Source: Balanoglossus misakiensis
Lineage: Eukaryota > Animalia > Hemichordata
Length of the DNA stretch: 64,000 bases
Direction of reading: 5' to 3'
Assembly: GCA_040954595.2 (NCBI GenBank)
Contig: CM082596.2
Location: forward strand, 4,546,181 to 4,610,180
Shown: positions 15,001 to 44,723 of the stretch, in pieces
Numbering within the stretch: position 1 is the first letter of the stretch
Layout: each line of letters begins with the position of its first letter
Notes under the pieces: generated by a model
The model's input: the letters and a program-made list of their open reading frames with translations, nothing else
The model's database searches: none
What the model was told of the DNA's origin: nothing
Program-made: the position numbers and the translations under genes

Positions 15001-15850
15001 ATTTTTGGACTTTGCGGATTTTCAAAATTTGGTCGATTTTTGAAAAAAACCATGGGTTATAGCTCAGGAAAATCGTCAAAAAATGAGAATTTTTGGACTT
15101 TGCGGATTTTCAAAATTTGGTCGATTTTTGAAAAAACCATGGGTTATAGCTCAGGAAAATCGTCAAAAAATGAGAATTTTTGGACTTTGCGGATTTTCAA
15201 AATTTGGTCGATTTTTGAAAAAACCATGGGTTATAGCTCAGGAAAATCGTCAAAAAATGAGAATTTTTGGACTTTGCGGATTTTCAAAATTTGGTCGATT
15301 TTTGAAAAAAACCATGGGTTATAGCTCAGGAAAATCGTCAAAAAATGAGAATTTTTGGACTTTGCGGATTTTCAAAATTTGGTCGATTTTTGAAAAAACC
15401 ATGGGTTATAGCTCAGGAAAATCGTCAAAAAATGAGAATTTTTGGACTTTGCGGATTTTCAAAATTTGGTCGATTTTTGAAAAAACCATGGGTTATAGCT
15501 CAGGAAAATCGTCAAAAAATGAGAATTTTTGGACTTTGCGGATTTTCAAAATTTGGTCGATTTTTGAAAAAACCATGGGTTATAGCTCAGGAAAATCGTC
15601 AAAAAATGAGAATTTTTGGACTTTGCGGATTTTCAAAATTTGGTCGATTTTTGAAAAAACCATGGGTTATAGCTCAGGAAAATCGTCAAAAAATGAGAAT
15701 TTTTGGACTTTGCGGATTTTCAAAATTTGGTCGATTTTTGAAAAAACCATGGGTTATAGCTCAGGAAAATCGTCAAAAAATGAGAATTTTTGGACTTTGC
15801 GGATTTTCAAAATTTGGTCGATTTTTGAAAAAACCATGGGTTATAGCTCA
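1..15850 (+). repeat. 87-bp AT-rich tandem satellite array, ~182 near-identical monomers, truncated by the window start
   Basis: Monomer CAAAAAATGAGAATTTTTGGACTTTGCGGATTTTCAAAATTTGGTCGATTTTTGAAAAAACCATGGGTTATAGCTCAGGAAAATCGT (87 nt) repeats continuously. Differences are mostly 1-nt homopolymer indels plus a few substitutions. Nearly every monomer carries an NcoI site (CCATGG). Confidence 0.99.
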
Positions 15851-16000
15851 TGAAAATCGTCCAGAAACCTCAATTTTTCGACTTCGCGAATTTTCAAAAT
15901 TTGGTGATTTTTTGATAAAAACCATGAGTTATAGCTCATGAAAATCGTCCGAAAACCTCAATTTTTCGACTTTGCGAAATCTCAAAATGGCTCGTGATTT
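15851..16000 (+). repeat. Two diverged edge monomers of the satellite (older variant)
   Basis: TTATAGCTCATGAAAATCGTCC recurs at 15841 and 15929 (88-bp period). Both units share AAACCTCAATTTTTCGACTT in place of AAAAATGAGAATTTTTGGACTT. Confidence 0.9.
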
Positions 16001-16327
16001 TGGATGCCAAAAATGTGCACCTCAAATCACGCACCATACTGGCTCCAATTTCCACTGAGCCCGAAAAGCACGCACGTTTTTTTTTTTTTTTGGGGGGGGG
16101 GGTACACTTTTGTAGTGTAAAAAAGCACCATCGAAATTTTAGCTCTCCGGCTTTGGGCAAATGTCCAGAAATGTTAAAATCACAAAAAATCAGAAAGTCG
16201 GAAATTTGTCATTTTTTGTTATTTTTCATGAAAAATTTCATGAGCTCTAACTCATGAAAAATATCCAAAAAAGACAAACTCACCAAAGTTCGTCGAGAAC
16301 TGCCAACTTAGAACTTGTACAAGCGAG

Positions 16328-16406
16328 AAAAAAAGAAAAAGTCGGGAGGATTTGAACCCTAGTCGTCCAATCATTAGTCCAAACCCTTAGCCACTGACCC
16401 AGGGTG
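16328..16406 (-). pseudogene. tRNA-derived / SINE-head-like Pol III element (A box, B box, oligo-T terminator); not a functional tRNA
   Basis: Minus strand reads CACCC-TGGGTCAGTGG(A-box-like)-CTAAGGGTTTGGA-CTAATGA-TTGGACGACTAG-GGTTCAAATCC(perfect B box)-TCCCGAC-TTTTTCTTTTTTT. A-to-B spacing of 43 nt is tRNA-like. The putative anticodon loop CTAATGA resembles tRNA-Ile(AAT). The acceptor stem does not pair. Confidence 0.6.
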
Positions 16407-16477
16407 ATTGACAATGTACAAAAAGCCAAAAGTATTATATGATGATCAAACTGGTGAAATTTAAAAAAAAATAAATA

Positions 16478-16533
16478 AGGCTCGGTTTCATTATAGTCAG
16501 TATTGATATACTAACTATAATGCAACCGAGCCT
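16478..16533. repeat. Inverted repeat / hairpin, 26-bp arms, 4-nt loop
   Basis: AGGCTCGGTTTCATTATAGTCAGTAT-TGAT-ATACTAACTATAATGCAACCGAGCCT; the arms are reverse complements with 2 mismatches. Confidence 0.9.
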
Positions 16534-17569
16534 AATTTCGATCCATGCAAAACTATTATTATTACATGCATTTCATTATTTATTTAATTAAATCGGGCTT
16601 TAAATGTACATGACATAGAACGGGTAAAAATATACACTTATACTAATACAACAGCAGACAGCAAAAAAATACAATTGGCAGAATTACTAACAAATTACAA
16701 GCGTCAAATGCATCTCTCCGATTAAAAAAACAACGACACTTGGAATTTAATCTTGCATTCTCAGGATAAATCTAGCTTTTGTAAAAAAAAAAAACCGATG
16801 GAGGGGACGAAGTGTCTATGCTTTGAACAAAAGGATGAAATACACTATTTTCTACGGATTGACGTCAAAATTTCAATGTTTGAATTTACAATTCCCTTGA
16901 ACCTGTATTCCCATTATTTCAATACTGTGATACGCTTATTTCAACATACTCGGGATGAATAACAGTATAAAAAACAATATTCAAATGAAAAACATCCAGT
17001 CAAAATAGAGCGAAAATACATACATGTGATTTACGCCACTTTAAGGACTACTTTCACCAAAGTAGAAAAGCGTTTTTGTCAGGTGGAAATTTTGGCGGCC
17101 GGGGGTTTAAACACCCTTATCTGCTCAATGAACGGTTGTTTTGATCCGATACAGTCTTTCTACGACATGTTAATTAAGTAGATTGCACAAACATTTCTGT
17201 TGCTAGCTTCAGCGCACTAAGATCTGCTCAGGGAACGGTTCCCACAATTCAACACACGCCCTCTACGACACAAAGCAGAAACTGCTTTCCCTTTTGCCTC
17301 TTCAATAATTTTGATCTAGACCTTGCAAGCCTAAACTCCAACTTTCTCTTGCTTCCTTCAATGAAAATGGTGATAAAATTTGTACTCACTTTGCTTTTTG
17401 CCAAGCCAGATCTTGTAGCTTGAGAATATTCCCAGTGTATTCTTTTCAATCCACAATGATGAATACCGGATTTGGTAAAGATTTTACACTTTTTACTAGT
17501 CTTGTTGTAGTCTTTCACTTAAAGTTTACTAACGACCAAAATTTTACATGTATTACCGGAATATATCAG

Positions 17570-17812
17570 AGTATGTGATCTATAATCCATGCATTTGACA
17601 TGAAAATGGTGAAGGTGACCAAAATTCACAAAGTCAAGAATTGGTCATTTTTTGAGCATGTATGAGCTATAACCCATGAATATGACATGAAAATGCTGAA
17701 GGTGACCAAAATTCACAAAGCCAAGAATTGGTCATTATTTGAGCATGTATGAGCTATAATCCATGAATATGACAAGAAAATGCTGAAGGTGACCAAAATT
17801 CACAAAGTCAAA
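17570..17812 (-). repeat. ~3 diverged monomers of the 87-bp satellite in inverted orientation
   Basis: GTGACCAAAATTCACAAAG occurs at 17615, 17702 and 17789 (period exactly 87). The reverse complement contains CATGGGTTATAGCTCA...TCAAAAAATGA..AATT..TGACTTTG.G.ATTTT, matching the main satellite. Confidence 0.88.
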
Positions 17813-18659
17813 AATAATTATTTCAGAAAAGTTTTGAAAATTAATTTTATTTGAGTTAAAGACAAATTATTTTCAAATATAGAAGCCTATAGTACGCACT
17901 ACATGTGAGATGGTTCTGATGAGTGTAAACCATTTTGATAAAATTCTGAATGACTACAGATTCTGAAGTATATAGACTTTTTCAAAGAAGTCAACATGCA
18001 TTACAAAGCCACATGTCTCACAAGGTTTTACAAAATAATTCTGAATAAAATATCTTCGAGCCAAACATCCTACATTTTAAAACTTTCTTTAAAAATAAAC
18101 TCCATTGTCAATAACACAGACAAGTTCCTAGCAGGGTCCATATGCCCATAGTCACAAAAAGTACACGATTTTTCAGGTTGAACAATGATTACCGTACAGA
18201 GATTAAAATGAAAGTTATTGGACAGATTTGTGCACTAAATGCGATTTTGCTCTTGACATATCTAACGTCATGAACTATTTTCATGATAGTCAACATCTGA
18301 GAGTGTATGAACCCTGTTGAAAGCAAGTACAGAAGATAATTCTTTTAAATGACCTGTATGAGTCAATAAAAAACTATCACATACACAATAGTTTTGCTTG
18401 TGTATAAGTGGTGGTGTGCTAATTTTCTGGGGACAGCCTCTCTCTCTCTCACCCTGACCCTCACATACACATTGGATGCAAACAAACTTCCTGCTATGTC
18501 GTAAGACATCAACTGGGATTGTGATTTGGTGTTGCCTAATTCTACAGTTTCACTAAGATTTCAAAGGACTAGCCAATGATGTGCCTCTTACATTAAAAAC
18601 ATGATTAAAAATACTGGCGCATCAGTGATTTAAAGAATGGCAGAAAAATAGTGTTTCTT

Positions 18660-18814
18660 CTTTTAATTTAACAAAGTACCAGCCTTGAAAGACTTCTCTC
18701 GTAGCCGTTGTCTCGGTCGCCATGGTAGCATAACTGGGTGCACATTTACAACCAGACCACGGCAAGTTCCAGTTCATGTTCGTCGAGAAGTCTTCCTCTT
18801 ATTAACAAAGATTC
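18660..18814 (-). other. Probable non-coding terminal (3'UTR) exon of the PARP gene
   Basis: Strong donor GTAAGT at 19391, 16 nt after the stop codon. Acceptor TGTTTTGTTTTACAG ends at 18815. ATTAAA lies near 18662-18667 on the minus strand. The 3' end is uncertain. Confidence 0.5.
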
Positions 18815-19407
18815 CTGTAAAACAAAACATCAAAAAACCCACATTATGATTTTCAAGATTTGAAGGGAAAGTAATGACCCCCATTTTCATGTTGCCTAGC
18901 AACTATCACTTGGCGCTCTACTCTCTGAAGGATGTTGAGACAATCTTCATGATTCAGTCAACTTTAGGTGAAAATTGGCTGTGGTGAAACTATGTAATTA
19001 CGAGAAAAGGGAATTGTAAATTTGATCAAATTGGTCCCCCATTTCCCTATATACAAGATGCAGCCATGCCAATAGAAATGTCAAGAGGGATCAAACTAAA
19101 GTCCCTGTAAACAACAATTTTGCCTTAGATCACACTGTATTATGTTGCACTGCATGCATTCAGCCCACACTGATCAAAGAACTTGACGTATTGTTAATCT
19201 CGAACTTCCAACATCAACAGTCTAATTTCACATTTATTTTCATGACAGCACTGTTCAGTTCGTGTGCACAGACACAGACTCTCTCAGAAACCCTGAAATC
19301 CCCAAATCTGACAATGCCTCACGTTCGAAAACTGTCCCAAGTTCAACGCACAGGAGTGTCCAGCGATACAAACTTGCACACTTGCACTTACCAATTCGAA
19401 GCAATGA

Positions 19408-38600
<19,193 letters not shown>

Positions 38601-41600
38601 TCTGAAAATCTGCAAGACGAAACAAATTTCTTCGTGAAGTACGCAATCGGCAAAAAAATCGAGATAAAAACGTCATACGGTGATTACACACAAACCCACG
38701 CCAAGTCAACTGATGCTCTCTGAAAGAAGATTACACTTCATTTGGCAAATTTATCGGCTGATGGGTTTGTTGACCTCAATTTATATCTGAATTCCGTTCA
38801 ACCAATTTCTCTTGCATTTCGGTGGGCATTTTGTGAAGAGGGGTACGTACCTCTTCTGATGTCTGACCAAACCACATCATTTACGTCTATACACAATTGG
38901 GAAAATATCAAACAGTTATGAATGAACAAATCTTTATTCAACCAGATATAAATTAATAAAATAAACTTTAACAGCAAAAAAAAGACAGATATATCTGGTT
39001 TGGATCGTGGAAATAGTGCCAATGCACACACAAATAAACCACACCATCAATTCTTATCTCAATGGTTGTTTAACACTAAGCATCTTTTTTTCTGAATCAC
39101 ACTGTTCAAAGGGGGATTTTGCCTCTTTGAATTTCTCTAATTTTCATTCATTTGTAATGCTTAACAAAACATGCAATACGAAAATGTAATATATCTCCAT
39201 TGTGTCGTGGTTACCAAGGTAACTGCTGTTAAACATAAAATATTAACAATGGGTGCTGGAAAAGTGTGTGCAGACACAATGACTCTCACGTAACAATAAC
39301 ATTCGACAAGATGACCAGTGCAAGGAGTAACTAACTGCCTATAAATGCATTCAGAGAGTATTTCAACGAGTTATCTGATAATTTAATGCATTTATCTGAT
39401 AATTTGATGCAGCCAAGTCGTCACCATCACTTTGCTTATCTCAGCGTGACCGTTTTTATTCAAACCATGATGGCTCCTAAACGACAACCTGGCGGCCATA
39501 ATGCGATTCTAACATCAGCTGTTGATAGACAACAGAGCGACAAACATACAAGGGAACACCGAAAGCTCGTTATCACTGCAATGAGCACGAATCAAGCCAC
39601 GGCCCTCCATCGATCTCTCACTCCTCATTTTTTTACCGAACACGAATTCTCCATTTTTCTGTTTCTGGATTTCCGGTACACACATGTAGTACAGTGCATC
39701 CAGATGTGAACATTTTCAGTTCTCTGTGGAGATGCTCTTAACTGCCATTGTCGACTATAATGCTTTAAATAGAGATTACCCTCGACACTTTTATTTAGTC
39801 CGAAGTCTGTGGAGGGGATTAGGGTCCAGCTCTCCACATATTAAAGGATCAAATACTGGGCTTCTTGACATACTCCAGGGAGGACAAAACATTTGCAGTT
39901 GATATACACATTTAGAAATCAACTTTGGGATGACCAGTCAGTCTGGTATATTGTTTATATATTATTTGCTATAATAACGAAAATAACCTGTTTTACAGTA
40001 GTTACGACAACACATACAAGGATTTGGTGTCTCCAGACAGGATACTGCATCGTAAAATTTACCCCGCGCTTCTAAAGACAAACCCAGACAAAAGTCAAAA
40101 TCACACAAAAATCTACTATTCTTACTGAAAATAAACAAACGTTTTTAACATGCCTGTGTGATTCACAAACTGCGTCTCCTCAACAGAATTCTCAGAATTA
40201 CGCGTTTACTGTTTAAACGAGCGACAATGACCAAGGGAGGACGCTTAGATCTCTAAATCACAGCAATGTATGTCGGGTCAGGTCACAATGGAGGGTCTGT
40301 GGAAACAAGGTCACATTCCAATACCAGGGCTACGCACACATGGTCTGTCCTCATTCACCATGATGTTTTACTACACGACACAAAACCTCAGCAAGCACAA
40401 GTCAACTGTAAGTGTTCCCCAGTACCGGGGGAAAATACTGAATACATGTATCTCAAAACAGACAAAAGACCCCCAAGGGAACATAATATTTGTGGTATCA
40501 ATATGTCCACATACATGAACATGTACCAGTAATGTAGAAACAAAATCTCTCAGCATAATCGCCTCATGATCTGTCATTCAACATTGAAAGGTCATTATTT
40601 ACGCTTTACTGATTGCATATATTCTCTCTACTAGTGTTTGTTGCACAGGACATTTCACACATAAAATAATTCTAAATCCTTGCCTCGGAAAGCTTACAAT
40701 TTGATTAGGTTCAAGGTAGGGATACCTACCACTGAATTAGCTTCATGCGAGTGGTGACTATTCCCAGAAAACAACCCGGAAATTTCATATCACAGTAATA
40801 TGTATGCTGCGATGTGATTGGCTAACGTAAGCCATGTTTTTACAATGTTGATATCAGTAATCCGTCATTATAGGATAATGGCTGAACTAGCCGTTTTAAT
40901 GACCGGCTATTTGGGATTTCAAAATTACAGTTATTTCACAGTGCAAATGACACTGTTTCAATATCGTCCAATACAAGAAACAGGTCATGTGTATTTCTAT
41001 GCATGTCGAGAGGTCAACTCTCCGACTATATTAAATAGTAAATGAATAGAGAGAGAGAATAAAGAAAACACCAATCTTGGAAATTAGCCTTCAAAGTCAA
41101 CGTGACAATTTCACAAAACCATTAACAGAAAGCGATGAATGCACAGACTAACAATGCCATTATGATGTTCAAATCCGTTTAGAGCAAGACGCGCGGACCT
41201 AACCAGCTTTGTTAGACGCAACTTCAAAGGGACTTTGCCCCCCAGCCCTTATACAGCTAAATCTGTCAATGAATAGAATTTGACTATTTCACCCATCATG
41301 CTGTGGTCTAATCCTATTGTTGTGAAGAAAAGGGTTGGACCAGTATACAGGAAAATGGGGGGGGAGGGGGGGGGGGGGGGGGGGTTGAAGAGGTTTAAGT
41401 CTCTTGGAACCCCAAAGGAGGGCTATGCTCACAATGGAACAGTGATTATGAATCCACTGGTCAGTGTGTGACGTTTGGAAACCTATCAAAAAATAATTAC
41501 AAAAAAAAAAATTATGTGCAATCTTCCTCAGACTAAAGCAGAAACTGCTTCAAAAATAATTTTAACTGTAAAATCTCCTGGCGAACATTTCGGATTCCAG

Positions 41601-43056
41601 GATTGAATGTTGGGTGTGAGGGGTATCATCACTAGATAGAACAGCCACACCGATCTCAGTGATTTCTGCCCTCATGTTATACTTTCATATTCCATTAATA
41701 AATCTCACATTTGATACACATTAAACAGAAACTACACATGTAGGCAGAGATCACTGTCCCCACACTTTTTTTTTTTAAATTTGCAGGGATAATACGTCAC
41801 CCAGTGTCACTAAAGATCCTTGCCCTACAAACCCACGCCATTACGAACGTAAAATTTAAGTGTGTGTTAGCGAATAAACGTCCGATGGCCTGAATACTTC
41901 AGCAAGCAACTTTCAGTGTTGCGTAACACAGCAAAGCGAACTCAACTCTCAACGTATATTAGGGTTATGATAATGAAAATACTACTATAGTGCAGTTTTT
42001 GGAGTAGACCAAAAATTTTCACTATATGTAAATACTCATGTGGTATGTCTATGAACAGGAAATCAGCTGAGCTGTAACAACTGGTCATTCATTAAACATA
42101 TTTTAACATAAATAATCAATCAAAAGAAAATTAAAATATCAAAACAGTGGATGCTTTTGTCCCTTTAAGGTATTGGGCAAGTAAACGCTTATGTTCAGTG
42201 GTGTGATCATATTTTACCCGTGGCCACTGTGATACTATATGTTTATGCAAGAAGGCATTTCTCCAGGAACAAAATAAATTATTGGGTTATAGAACATCAA
42301 CAAACAAGAACAAACATTTCCTGTAAACACTATTAACTATATGCATTTATTTACTTTTTTGTCTCTTTTAAACACACTAGTAATAGTATAACATCAAAAT
42401 CAGTAGGCAGATTATTATTATTACAATATTAAACAATTGGAACAAATTTATCTGGGTTAATTTATATATGCAAATTAAATCGCAATATTGCATTTTCTTT
42501 TCACAATTTTATTTGTCCCTTTGGTTGCTAATCCGTGAAAATTCGTGTTTATCAGGGGCATATTAACTGGTTTTTAAAAATAGAGCATGCATCACCCAGC
42601 TTCTGCATGGTAACAAGATGGCCGCCTTGATACGAAATTGAAAGAAGAGAACGACGTGAAACGTACACAATGGACATGCATACAACATCATTAACATTTC
42701 AGAGCGGTTTGTTTCCACATCATTTGATATGCAAAGGACTCCAGGACAAGGGGACCTGCGAACGCATACCACAGTGGCGTTTTGGTAATTTTAGAGTCTT
42801 TCTTGGAAACAATGGGGGGGGGGGGGGCAAAACACAACCGTGCAACCTACTTTTCTCGCGGCTGATACAATATATGATCAAGACACTGCGCATTCCTAAT
42901 ATTTATGTCGTGACAATGGGAACGGCGTGTTCACGTGGTGGGCATCGCTCTGCTATCTGATATGTGATACTTGTGGACACAACTAGCCTACCTGTAGTAC
43001 ATTAAACTCCCCCCCCCCCCCCCCCCCCCCCCTACCTGTAACTCCAAAATGCTTAC

Positions 43057-43152
43057 CGGAATGTAGGGCATCAACAGCCTGGTCCCCGGCGGTAACTGAC
43101 CATGCTTTGGCTGTCGTTTGCGCTGTTGACCCCGTTTTGGTCGCCCGCTCAT
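43057..43152 (-). CDS. Candidate alternative first coding exon of the PARP (MSGRPKRGQQRKRQPKHGQLPPGTRLLMPYIP)
   Basis: ATG at 43152 and a phase-0 donor CCG|GTAAGC. In frame with acceptor TTGCAG|ATT TTC AGA ATG at 38609. CCAAT (~43294) and ATGCAAAT (~43362) motifs lie upstream. Confidence 0.45.
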
Positions 43153-44269
43153 AACAGCTACGCTCGGCGATCTCCCGTCAAACTTGAAAAATATCGGCCA
43201 AAATTTCAACTTGTCCCAAACACACTTGTGCGCCTCAGCTAAACTAAACACATTGAAGGCTGACCTTGCCTGACCCCACGCCTATTCACCGACCAATCAT
43301 AATCCCCGAAATTTGAGGCATGTCACTACATGTAACAGCGCGCTCTGTCTGGCTTTTACATATGCAAATTTTATATTGAGTATATAAAATTCGCCCAAAC
43401 AAATCAATTCACATCGTTTATTTATTCCTGTTTGTTTTGAACTTCGCCGATCAAGCGTCGAGATTTACAGGGCGTTCGGCATCTGGGCTGCATGCTGCGC
43501 GGCGTTGGAAGCGCGGGCGTGTGATCGATGACTTTGGCCAGACTTCGAGGTCACGATTTCCAAAAAAGCCGGTGTCTGTGTACATATACCTGGCAGACGC
43601 CCTTGTGTTTACATCAACAACGAAACCGCAATGCTAAACTTACAATCGACAATTTAACAGTGCAAGGCAGCAACTATCGGGGCGATCAGTCCGATTGTGA
43701 ATAGTTCTTGCTGGACATATCTCGTTGTGCAAGACAGTCCAGGGATAGCACTGTGTGGGGGAAATCTGATCATCAGTAGTGTAATTTCCGCCAGTCGACT
43801 CGACACTGTTCGCTCTTATGCTAATTGTGTGTAGCGTACAGCAATGTGTGTGTGTGGTATATATAGTTGGCGTGTCTTGCATGTCTCTCCATTCATAGTG
43901 TAGGAATCGCGGATCGAAACCACCGATCGGGTGGGCGACTTCCGCCCCCAGATCGGATCCAAATTGATGCACCCTGCTCTAAAGCATTTGGTTACATCGA
44001 TCAGAACACGTAACCATCTCCCAAGCGCGATAAACATCGGTAGTAAACGGAACGCTGCGAGCGATGCAATGGCTCTCTCTGTCGAGCTGTAGCCAGCCAA
44101 CATCATTCGCTAGCATTCACACAAACAACACAGCGACATTCGCTCAATGAAAGCAGTGCCCAGAATGTAAAATTTTAACGATCAGAAGGATCACAGACAA
44201 GGTACGGCTCTTAAACCGCACCTGAGTGACAATAGTGGCCAATATGCATAAAACGATAGACTATTTTAC

Positions 44270-44330
44270 CTTATGCTAATAGCGTATTCCCATCCATACA
44301 CTTAAACAGACGCCATCTTTGAAAGCAGGT
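44270..44330 (-). promoter_or_regulatory. Candidate TSS / non-coding first exon of the PARP gene (YY1-like AAGATGGCG)
   Basis: Minus strand AAAGATGGCG at 44320-44311 is followed ~40 nt later by AAG|GTAAAA. The region is locally CpG-richer. Motif evidence only. Confidence 0.35.
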
Positions 44331-44723
44331 GAACACAAGTTCACGATTCTGTGCGGCTGTTCCATTTACAAAACAACCCCTAGACTATGAGGCTGCTGGA
44401 TCGAAAGTGGTATGCCCTCGCCTGACTTTTGATGTCGTGTATATTCCAAAGAAGAAAGCAAATTAATCGCTACGGATGTATTGTTTTAGTTTATAGAATT
44501 CCCGATTAAATTTCAGTTGTTTTGCAGTGTGAGGAAAATGCACACGTTGCATCCCACCCCAGTTCTACATCGTTGCTAGGAGCGACTGGAGGTTGGTTGT
44601 GATGAAGGTATTTTGTTTCTAGATGTTTGTGTTAAGATAAGCTAGTATGTTTTATTGAACTGCACTGGTTTGTATTACCACACTGACTGGTAAAGTCTGT
44701 AAAAATGAAGAAGTTGTAACTAA

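Noticed and set aside
1-15850. CRISPR array or telomeric repeat
   Set aside because: There are no unique spacers, no cas genes, and the context is eukaryotic. The unit is far longer than telomerase repeats and not G-rich.
113-15941. Very long ORFs (up to 1,472 aa) of repeating MGYSSGKSSKNENFWTLRIFKIWSIFEKT / MRIFGLCGFSKFGRFLKKPWVIAQENRQK
   Set aside because: The monomer is 87 nt (29 codons) with no stop in two plus-strand frames. Frames switch freely at homopolymer indels, so there is no sign of coding constraint.
16341-16406. Functional tRNA-Ile(AAT) gene
   Set aside because: The acceptor stem does not pair, and the D, anticodon and T stems are poor.
17249-17518. 89-aa basic ORF in the spacer as a transposase or viral remnant
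   Set aside because: No recognisable motif, and neighbouring frames are full of stops. Only a tBLASTx/HMM search could rescue it.
43640-44110. GC-richer, GATC-rich segment with short ORFs as a possible ncRNA or gene
   Set aside because: No recognisable family, splice structure or convincing fold. Most simply read as CpG-rich promoter-proximal DNA.
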